From Eledone cirrhosa (lineage: Eukaryota), in NCBI GenBank assembly GCA_964016885.1, contig OZ024756.1, forward strand, positions 32,426,001 through 32,490,000: a DNA stretch of 64,000 bases, in the 5' to 3' direction. A model generated the notes under the pieces. That model was not told the origin of the DNA. It was given only the letters and a program-made list of their open reading frames with translations, and did not search any database. Shown here piece by piece: positions 52,430-64,000 of the stretch. Each line of letters begins with the position of its first letter. Positions within the stretch are counted from its first letter, which is position 1. A program made the position numbers and the translations under genes.

Positions 52430-54352
52430 CACACACACACTCGCACACGCGTTTACATGCGTATATACGCACACAAACACTCATATATAATTTCATTATT
52501 TACCTTTTTTCCCCGCCTTTAAAATCTACATTATTTCCTTTCTCCCTTTTTCTGTTTTTTCATTCAATATTTATTCGTTATTTCTTTAGTCGCCATTTTC
52601 CCCTCTTTTCAAAACTATGTATTCTCTATTTCCAAACATGCCATTGTATCTATATATCGTACAAAGAAAAAGAAACAGGCAATGGGTGGCGTGGACGTGT
52701 TGTGGAATCGGTAGAGCGTCGAATATATTACATTGTACTTTTATTCCATTTCATTCCAAGCAGAGATGTTTTCATATTCTACAAGAGTGAATTTCCGCTT
52801 TTATTCTACCTTGGTCTATAAAATAGAACAATTTGTTGTTGATGTATAATATTATCTAGTTAAACTATGACTAAATATACTATAACAGTCACTTTTCTCT
52901 ATTAGCAAGACACTATTTCATGTTGTTCTAGTTCATTCGACTGGCTAAAATTAATTGGGATTATAATTCAAATGTTCAACATTGTCATGCATTCAGTATT
53001 ACACTGAATCTCCCTGAGAACTACACAAACATATACGAGTCTGGGAATGTGTAGTCATTTGCACTTTAATTGCTCGATCAATCTATTCCGTTTCTCGAAC
53101 AAATAGGACACTCGTCGCCGGTGGAGGTTCACCACCAGCAATAATAGTAGTTTTTAAAATTGCGTTATCTCATTTGTCCTTCATTTAAAAAAAAACGAAT
53201 TTATAAGTGTGATGTCTAGCTGATCGTATCAAACCAAAGCGAAGTCGATTACGCCTTGCGTTGCGTTGCGTTTTATATATAAAATGGCTGATTCTGTTGT
53301 GGTTGAAGCTATGTTAGTGATCGTTGTAGTAGTGGCTGTTTCTATTGTTATAGTAGTGGTGGAGATGTTGGTAGTGGTCTTCATGGTGACTGCTTCTTTT
53401 ACTGCTGTTATTGTGGTGGGTAGTTCAGTTTCTATTGTGGTTAGTGCAGTTTTGATAGTATGGCGGTCGCTGTTGTTGTTGTAGTAGTGGTAGTAGTGGC
53501 GAATACTTCTGTTTTTGTTATCGTAACTAGTGCGGTTTTTCTTGTTGTTGTATCAGTAAATATAGTTTTCCTGATGCTTTGTTTGTACTCTAGCTTTAAG
53601 TGAACGCTAATGAAAAAGACTCAACAAAAACATTATTACAGTCAGCAACCCGTCCTATATATGGCTATATAGTACTACGTTATCTAATGTGTCCAACATT
53701 TATAAAGACGGTATGATTTGAGGTATATAAATAAGAATCTCTGCATATACCTACCTTATTTAGCGCTCCTACAACGTGAAGTCAACAGCTGAATTATTTG
53801 AGCGTCAAATAAACTGCATTTAGAAAATTAATTTTCGTACTTGTACAGTTTAGACTGATCTGAGATTTGAACCGAATTGAGTCTTGCTAAAGTCAAATTT
53901 CACTATCATTTTTTTCCGGGAAAAGTACTAGATGGACTTATTATTATTATTGTTGTTGCTTTCAGACTGACACCACACCATTCTATTAATGACCACCCAG
54001 TCTTTTTTGGTATGACTACGATGGCATTATTTGTGACATCTTTAATTCAAGGTGATAAGGTGGAAATTCAAAGAAATTCGGCTGGTACTTCTAGCATACC
54101 GCATGCCTGCATTGCGTTTTTTTTTTCAATCGCTTAGGTAACGTATTAGTCAAAATATTGGCTGCAGTCGCTTGAATCGTCTATAACACTATTGGAATTC
54201 CTTTGATCTTAGGTGTGATCGATCATGTCTGAACTGGGGGCTAAACAACAACAAAATCAACTGCAAAGACAACATCAACCACAACAACACTAAAACCAAT
54301 AACGACGACTACAGAAATGAAAACAATAACAATCATAACAACAACATTAATA

Positions 54353-54383
<31 letters not shown>

Positions 54384-55560
54384 CAAAACAAAACAAAACA
54401 AAACAGAAAAAAAAATCAAAATCAGCAGTGACAATAACAACAACAACGACAATAACATCACCAGTAAACTGCAAAACAGCAACGGCAGTAACATCATAAA
54501 CAACAGTAATAACTGACCTTTAAGAGTTCATTTTGAATATTTCAGCCATATTAGACACATCCGGCTTTCGTTAAATCGCTATACTGCCACTCATACTTTT
54601 CATTCAACAAAATAATAAAATAAATGAAAGAAAAATCTAAAAGAATTCTGTCTTTTAATGATTTTAACTGGTATGAGACATTGAACTGCGGCTATTTCAA
54701 GCTTCCGATTTCTGAAATCAATGAGAAGCACTAGGAAACATATATACCCCCATCCACCAACGAAAAAATCCAAACAGACATTTGAGATAGGATTTGTTAA
54801 CTTTGATTGGTTACAGGTAAAGTAACAACAAAAAAGTAAAAAAAAAAATTTAAACTTGTATAACATGTAGTGTTATCATTTAGAGTTGATCACAATTAAT
54901 ATCTGGTGCGACTATTTAAAGTATCGAACCCAGAGAGATTGATAGATTGATAGATAGATTGATAGATAGATGGGTATAAAGAGAGGGAAACAGACAGAGG
55001 GTGAGATTGGTATATGCATAGACAAATAGATACACAAATGCATATAGGCATACAAACCGATAGATAGACAGACCTATAGTTTGTTTGACCAATAGATAGA
55101 CCGATAAACTAGGAGAGCGCGAGATATACAGACAGACTGGTAGGAAGTGAAAGTTAGCCTGACTAGAAGAACGAGAGAGAGAGAACGAGTGAGAAAGAAC
55201 GAGGTAGAGAACGAGGGAGAGAGATGAAGGGAATAAGGCGAGGAGAGAAAGGCGACGTGTACTCTGTTGGCACACTAGAATTTGATAATTGTTTCTTTTC
55301 AATAGAAGTAGTATTTTTGGCAAGAGTTAATAGGAATGGTAAATGGTAAAAACATGAAACGGAACAAGTGTTTTACTGGCACATTTATAGTTTAATAGTT
55401 TCCGAAATGATAAAAGGCAGAATCGATTGCGCCATGTTTTGAACTAAACAAGTTGGTGAAACCGGGATTAGGGTGGGTGGGGTTTGGGGAGAATCTAAGT
55501 ACGAACGATGTTTTATACCTATACACATAGAAGGTGACATACACACACACATATATATAG

Positions 55561-55632
<72 letters not shown>

Positions 55633-55633
55633 T

Positions 55634-55690
<57 letters not shown>

Positions 55691-56382
55691 CATACACAAA
55701 CACACTCGACAGTCGACAAACCAATTTCCGTCACATTTCTTCAAAATCTCATTTATTTATTCTTTGACCTGCTCATTCATTCTTTTACTTCTTAGCATTG
55801 TTCATTTTTATCATTTTATCAATGTCTTTATTTCATTTTTGTCCATACATTCATATATACACACACTCACTCAAACCGTTTATTACATATCTTTCATTGA
55901 CAATTGCCTTCCATGCTAACTCCGTAATTTCATGTTGAGCACCAGGTAACAAATAAATGTTAATTGGAGCCAACAGGGTTGGAATTCTACTTGGTGAGTC
56001 GACAGACTAGAAATAGTAACGAAATATCTATAAAAAATGATAAAGTGTAAAGAACGAAAACATATACCGCAAAGTATATTGCCCGACGTTCCGAGGATTC
56101 TGCTCAATTACCAACATCGTTGTAGTAATGATGGTTGTGGTTGCCGTAGTAGTGGTGGTAATAGTGTTATTAATAGTAGTAACAGTTGTTTTCCTTTTCT
56201 TATTTCTGTCTGTTAAACTATCGTATTTGCAGTTGTTTACATTTGTCTAGCCTAGACTATAGAATTAGCTAAACAGTTGAACTACTTCACTATAAGCATA
56301 TTGAAATTATCCAAAGACAAGCTGCTTGCGTTCTTCCTAATTAATAAATGCTTCGCAACATTTAGTTGCGGCCTTTTCTATT

Positions 56383-56810
56383 CTGTGATCAAATCCCACC
56401 GAGGTTAACTTTGCATTTAATCCTTACGGGGGCGATATAATAAAGTACCAGTAACGTACTTGGGTCCGTTTGATCAACTTTCCCCTACCCTTAAAATCGT
56501 TGGCCTTGCGCCTAAATCAGAAACAAAATATAAAGAACAGAAAAAAACAAGGAAGAATAAGAGGGTGGGAGGGGTTTAAACGAGTGAAAGTTTTTGTGTG
56601 ATTTTGAATTATTAAAATGCCTCTCTCATTATATAATTCTTGAGGGGGCTAGATTCGAGCTTGGTACGGGACTGGTACATTATTTTATTAATTTTATATG
56701 GATGAAAGTCCAATATTAACCTTGACGGGATTTGAACTCTGGAAGCAGAAAGCTGAAACGAATTTTACAGAGCATTCTTTCCGAAATTCTAATGGTGCTG
56801 TCCATTAACC
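56383..56810. mobile_element. Two diverged SINE copies, tail to tail
   Basis: Plus copy 56383-56525, minus copy ~56650-56810. Confidence 0.75.
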
Positions 56811-58152
56811 GGCCGGCAGACATGTATTACAAGAATAACATTGAAAAAATAGATACTGAAAATGTATTGAAGCATAAAAAAAAGCATATAGGATCAGTAA
56901 GAAATACGACTCCATCTTAATAAAAACGGTCACATTGACTCTTAAAATCTAATCTTCAAGTTTATTTATCTTTAGAATCACATTTAACCTATTTGATGAT
57001 TTATTATACACATTACAGATTCACACACACACTATTTATATATATATATATGTATATAAATATATATATAGTCATACAGTGTCAACACGAAAAGAAACAC
57101 CCATATATACGAATGTTTATATGCATTTAATTGTGTTTGCTTGTATGTGTGTGTGTATATATATATACACTACGTATTTATCTATGTATCTATCTATTTG
57201 TGTGTGTATAGAAGATGGTAAAACACCATCCGTGTTAGTCGATACGTCAAACATCAATTACTGACATGTGTCAACACACACACACACCCACACATATACA
57301 TACACACATATACATACCAACAAATTCTGTAAATTACCGCCTTGCCATTTTTTTAAAACATACACGTTCCTCCCTCCCTACTAACCATTTCATCTTATCA
57401 CATCTTTTCCTTTCTAGTACAGCCACCCACTACCCGACACTAAACATTTTGAGTAGGTCTTGACACCGAAAGACCACCCGACCAGCTAGACAGATGATGA
57501 TCCTTATCAAATGAGAGGAAAGATTACTCGCTTTCTACAGATTTCCAAACTAGATAGATAAAGAAAAATAAACATAGCGTCTAAAGTCTATATTTAGTGA
57601 AAAGGTTGGTGGTGGTGGTGAGTGGTTTGACGGTTTGGTGGAGGTGTTGTGTGACGGTTTTGTGGTGTTTGGTGGAAGAATCTAGTCGTATAGACCATTT
57701 CTTGATTTCAAAGTGAAGGGGAAAACTAATTCTTTGTCTCACGACTCATTCCTGTCTCTCTATAATGCATGTGTGTGTGTATACACACACAAATACACAT
57801 ACACACACACAACACACACATACACACACGCGCGCGCGCTTATATAAACAACCAGTCACCAAATTTCTAATGTATAAATAAAGTAACATAAACTTTGACG
57901 CCAACATGCCCCCACAAGTATATATACACATACAAACACTCATGCACACACACACACACACGTGTCTCATGTTGACACTAAACTTAAGGACACCTATAGG
58001 AAGGGCAAAATATATACTGAATATATAAGACGATACAACCATTTCAGTCTTTTAATATATAAGATAGTGGTGGTTAATTTGAGGAGGACTATATTGCCAT
58101 TACTAGCAGAAGAGGTTCCTCGTAGAGGGTTTCAATTTGGCTCATCCTTAGT

Positions 58153-58351
58153 TACGAGAATCTGCTGAGTAGTTCATAGGCTGACAAAGATATTCTCATG
58201 GAATGGCCAAATGATGTTTATTTCTTAGCATAGTCCCAGGAAAGAAATAATGCAGTTAAAAAGAAGAGTGATAATGAATACATGCAAGATTTCCCAGCTC
58301 TAGGATCAATCTTTCACACACATCCTATGAACCTTTCAGCCGATCTTCGTA
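58153..58351 (+). mobile_element. Mariner-type MITE
   Basis: TACGAGAATCTGCTGAGTAGTTCATAGGCT ... CCTATGAACCTTTCAGCCGATCTTCGTA, body matches 20924-21122. Confidence 0.8.
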
Positions 58352-59485
58352 ATTTAAGACAAGCGTTATTTAAGGGATGGTTGACTCAAAATGCTAGACT
58401 TGATGGATAGTTAGCTGTTATTTCTAGCCGGAAGACCTCACACGCATAGTCACCCTTAATGACCCGTCCTTACGTAATGCATGACATAAGATTGTTAATT
58501 GAGCGATAGCTGGTTGCCATTTCTAGCAATTAGAGTGACCACGTACCATCTCCCCCATTGGCGTGTTTTAGTTGACGTGAGAAAATAGTTTCCGTATTTA
58601 TGAAACTCCCTAACAGAGATTTTTTTCGGTGTCTGCACATGGACACCAATTTCTGACATTGATATAGAAGTTTCAAAGAATTTTACATTTTAACGTCAGC
58701 AGTCATTACAGCTTAGCAAAAATACTGCATCATTTTCTATATATTTTACTCTATGGATTTGGTTTATCGATTTGTGAGGAATTTTCTATTGAATGTTAAC
58801 CGTTGAACTTCAATGTCTAATAAATGTCAGATGTACTTGAATGACTTCCTACTTGTGCTCTCTTTTCCGTAGTTTCGGGTGGTAGAATCGCTGGTGTTGT
58901 ATTATAATTGTCACAATAGTTTTGATGCTATTTATTTTATTACTGTTAACACTTGATTGGAGCTGATGACGATGTGCAAAGAAAGAATTCTGTTTTATTT
59001 GTGATAATATCAATGCCATGATCTATTGGCTTTATTGGTCAGGGAAAAATAGATTGGAATTCGTTCATCCTTCCGTGCTCCGAGACAAATACAAGACAAT
59101 GCAATTCTACCTATTTCAGATCACCAAGTTAAATATTCATAATGTTATAAATGCTTATGCAATCTTTCTGGACAATATGATGCCACAGTTAACATACCCA
59201 TGGTACCAACATTTAGTATAAATCCTTGGAGATTACTCGGTCTTTGCCCACGTGTAATGCATGTGTTATTGATTTGAGAATATATAAGTATTTACATACT
59301 TATATTTAGGTATATATAAGTATATATACCTAAATATAAGTATGTATATTGAACGTGTATACACTGCTGTAGGAACATGCTGCACAAACCCATGAGTTTG
59401 GGCCTCTATTACTAAGGTAATCTTTTGAACAGCACTGTGGAATTTATTTGTCGGAAACTGGTGAAGCCCAACATATATTATATAT

Positions 59486-59561
59486 ATAACAAAGAAAGTG
59501 TGGTAAGGAACTAGGTGGACCATAGCGCACCAGAGTACTCGATACTTAGGGTGGTAGAGTG

Positions 59562-59565
<4 letters not shown>
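59486..59565 (-). mobile_element. Family A tail only
   Basis: TAACAAAGAAAGTGTGGTAAGGAAC...GAGTACTCGATACTTAGGGTGGTAGAGTGGG within (TA)n. Confidence 0.8.
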
Positions 59566-59597
<32 letters not shown>

Positions 59598-59699
59598 AAC
59601 AAAATAGTTCAGATGAGTTGATCGATACGTTCGTCAATCAATCAAATGATTTAATATAATTTAATCCTGATTAATTTTATTTCTCTCTCTCTCACTGTA

Positions 59700-59756
<57 letters not shown>

Positions 59757-59767
59757 AATATATAAAA

Positions 59768-59950
59768 TATACAAATGGCTTCTACAGTAATAGAATTGTT
59801 TCATTCGGAAGAAATCATGTTGATTATTTCTCCCGAATGAAAAAGTTCTAGTCTTGTAGAAGACATTTCTATATTAAAAATGTATACTCTGCTATGTATT
59901 GAGTACCTTACTTACTGTGATTACCCTCGATTGAACCCGGGATAAGCATA
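59768..59950 (+). mobile_element. Family B element with inverted arm and tail
   Basis: CTTCTACAG...TTTCATTCGGAAGAAATCA pairs with TTATTTCTCCCGAATGAAA...TGTAGAAG. Tail CTCTGCTATGTATTGAGTAC...GATTGAACCCGG. Confidence 0.75.
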
Positions 59951-61816
59951 TTATATATATATATATATATGTCTCTGTGTATACCTCGGAACGTTAGTGG
60001 TTCGACAGGAGCAGATCGATAAAATCTGTACCAGATCTGATGAGATATCTACTGGGGTCAGATTTGTGAAATATGCAAAATAAACAAGAGTGAGAGGGAG
60101 GGAGGTGCAAGTTTGGAATAGAGATCGAATGGAAGTGAATAAAGAGGATGACAAAGCCCGCTAGAGGGAGTGAGAACAAAAGACCAAACTGAAACGTAGT
60201 CAAATCGTAACATTTTGTGATGCAGCAAGTTTCAATTTTAACAGATATTGTATGGAGTAGAACATTATTTTTTTTACTCTTGGTTGAATACGAAAATATT
60301 TCTATTCGAAACATCAATTTCTTATTTGTTTTAATTCTTTGTTCATATTTTAACATTTCGTGATTCAAAGAATTCTTACGCTTCTTCTATATGAAGTTTG
60401 GCATTATCTCTGAAAAAATTATATATTACATTGTGTTTGTCGCGTCTATTTCTTTAAGTGCATTCGTGTAAGATTACATATAAATGTAAATGTAGTTGTT
60501 TAACCCCAGGTCACCTCTCTTAGCGAACACACATACAATGTCAAAGACATTGCTACAGCGAATAGCCGGTTTTTTTTGTTTTTTTTTCTGTTTTTCAGGC
60601 ATAATATACCTTGGACTACATTATACAGTGTTTTATTTTCAGACGGCATCGGATGATATGAAATACATTCAACTGGTATTTCTAATAGGTCAAGTGACCA
60701 TGTAGGGCCTGATTTGTGGATGTGTAATTGTGTATGAAGATTCCTATGTTAAGTCATTTGAAAGTTGGATAGAAAGGTTTGAGGTATTAATCCCAGCTCT
60801 GTGCTTGCTGAGTTCAAAACTCGCCGAGGTCAACTGTACCGTTTATTATTTCGATGTTGATAAAATATATCAGACCAGTACTGCAGTCGATTCTTCTATA
60901 TTATTTCTATTCTGTCTCTCTCTCCGGAAGAACATGGTTGTGATCAGACGTAGAGATTTTGGGCTCTGCCGGGTACAACATGCTTAAGTAACGTTGTATA
61001 TCACTACGCTGCACCAGCGATTCCATCCCATGTTTATTGTTATTTCCAAGACAACTGATCTTTTACCCATAATATGTATCAATGACCAATAATATGTATC
61101 AATCTCGTATGTCTTATTTTATTCGAAATATATCTAGATTTATAGTACATATAAATCCCAGACTGTATTCAACTATAGCATAGTGAAAATACTTTCTAGT
61201 AGAATTTGCAAAAAGCAGTATCATTATATATGTGAATGTATGTATATGTATGCGTATGTATGTGAGTGTGTGGAGGGAGAGAGTGAGAAAGAGAGGTGTG
61301 TGTGTTATTCAGTGCATGTTTACCTACTTCAGTGTCTGGTTAATTGCATATGTGCTCATATGCATGTTTTAAAGCAACAGTCTATAGTCTATATAAAGCA
61401 CCAGACAAATAATCTATTTAGCGTATATGTATGTATGCATGCATGTGTCTCCATATCTATATATATACATACACAAATTCGTACCTCATTGAGAATTATA
61501 AAATCCATCAAGCAAAAGAAATAAAACAAAGAGATAATACAAGGGAAGAATGAACAATTGAAAGGGGTATAAATATGGCGTTAATAATGATTTCAGACTT
61601 CGATAATCCTTTTTCCATTGCTTAGTGAAATCCCCAGAGCACGAAAGACTACGGAACACGAACGCCAAGTTTATTTATATGCTGCAGAAACATGGCTGCC
61701 GGCAGCCATATACATACATATATACATACATACATATATACATACATTCAAACATATATATACATACATATGCACATAAATACTGACATACATAATCAAG
61801 CAGACAAACAGACACG

Positions 61817-61852
<36 letters not shown>

Positions 61853-62336
61853 GTGTGTGTTTGTACAAATCCATCCTATATATATATATATATGTGTGTG
61901 TAAATGTATATATAAATATACACACATATACATATACTAATATATCCCTCATATATATGTGTGTATGTATGTATATGTGTGGTTGGCGGCCGAATTTCAC
62001 TTACAGGATTAGACGCTAAATTACAAACTATTGAAAGCAGGTCTGGTTTGCAGCAGACAGAGAATTGCTTTTCTGTTTTTGCACTGTTTTCTTAAGCTTC
62101 CGGCTCTTCAGTGCAGTGAGGCGCGAGACACAACAACAACAACATTAACAAATATAACAACATGGATATAAAGCTAATTTAAACAGACATCGGAATTGCT
62201 TATATCAGATTGTGTCTCTCTTTAGGCCCTTCTAATTCTATCTCTCTATCTCTATCGCATACCATATGCACTGTAATACTCACAAGCATGTATATAGAAT
62301 ATATAGGTATGCCTGCGGAAATACTTTTTTGTATAC

Positions 62337-62389
<53 letters not shown>

Positions 62390-62427
62390 AATGTCTGTAT
62401 TTGTATATGTAATATATCCATATTCCA

Positions 62428-62469
<42 letters not shown>

Positions 62470-62470
62470 C

Positions 62471-62807
<337 letters not shown>

Positions 62808-64000
62808 CATTAGTGCTTCGGATTAAATGTTTCGGTTATCTTACCGGCTCTGTGAGTCCCTGAGTTCAAATCTAATCGAGGTCAGCTTCACCATTCATTC
62901 TTTTCTGCTCAATAAGTAAACTACCAGCCCAGGGAGAGGGTGGCTGTGGCAGTGTAGCTAAAGAGACAGTCGTGATGTTTCACAATCTCTGATTCGACCG
63001 GCAGATAGTTTCTGTTGGTTTTTAGATTGCTGATACTATCTCCTTCGTCCGATCTGACGATCTGCTCATTTCTCTTTTTTTTTTATTGCAGTATTAAAAA
63101 CAACCAGTGCAATCATAGCTTATTATAGTGGCTATTTATTATTTAATCATACTATATATCATCGTCAGATAATTACAAGTTCTATGATAAGGGATGTAGA
63201 CAATACGTCTTACTCTGGAGACATTTTTCTAGGGTGTCATTATATTTACAAACGTTCTATAAATGTCTAAGGTGTTTAGGCTACCGGCGTTTGGCGTACC
63301 GCTGTATAGTTAATGATTTCAATTCCCAGCGGCAGCATTTTGCCCTTGGAAAAGATACTTCATTTAATGTAACTCCAGTTTATACAGCTAACAAAAATAT
63401 GTCGTAGCTGTAATTCAAATAACCAACCTTGTTAACCACACTGCGTCAAGCTGACTCTCATTGAGAATTTTTTTTGATTACATGTGTTTCAAAAGCGTTC
63501 AGTTTCCCGACCATTCTTTTCCGTTGTTCGACAAAACTTAAACACTCTTCGTCTGAAATGAGAAATACGTCCAAAAATACTATTTTATTGCAATGTGGTT
63601 CCATATTTAATACATTCAGTTTATGCATTATCCTGTGGGATCTATGAGCATTGGTTTAAGTACATTTTACTCAGATCCGGGAAATTTCTTTGGAGTTCAT
63701 TTTATTATACTCTCACCGTATTTGGTTCACTATAAAGGCATGCACACATGAAACAGTGGATAATAATATTCAACACAATTTTCACGCAATAAATTGCATT
63801 AAAAACGAAAACCAAAAACCAAATAAAACAATCCATTGCACTTCCTGGAATTATTTATGCCATGGTTTAAATTGTCATGCCCAATTATCTTAATTTTCGG
63901 CGATAGCTGATATCCTAAATCCAGCATGCGTGATATATGATAATCCTGAACATTCGTTTGAAGAAATAGAGCATAAAAAAGAATAAAAATAACAAAGAGA

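Noticed and set aside
60030-60085. CTGATGA...GAAATATGCA motif
   Set aside because: Lacks the UH cleavage site and stem I.

Overview
AT-rich, microsatellite-saturated eukaryotic DNA with no intact protein-coding gene. The dominant tRNA-derived SINE looks like octopod cephalopod SINEs, so an octopus-like genome is inferred from recall, not from a search. Almost all ORFs in the track are artefacts of (TA)n, (CA)n, (CT)n and triplet repeats. Recognisable content: >20 SINE copies, a ~195-bp mariner-type MITE, RTE and Tx1/L1 LINE fragments, large minisatellites and two or three possible isolated exons. The main signal is a population of at least 8 unrelated short, non-coding retroelement families inserted in (TA)n tracts. 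Most carry minimal type-I hammerhead ribozyme motifs (intact or decayed), Penelope-style inverted 5' ends or partial-tandem ends, and several share a tail motif. The best case is a 427-bp retrozyme-like unit in two copies (22621-23171 minus; 33381-33828 plus). Both copies have complete hammerheads that differ only at ribozyme-neutral positions. A candidate degenerate HDV-like ribozyme lies in a GC-rich RTE-like 5' region at about 23.5 kb. Folds were assigned by eye and boundaries are approximate to a few bases.
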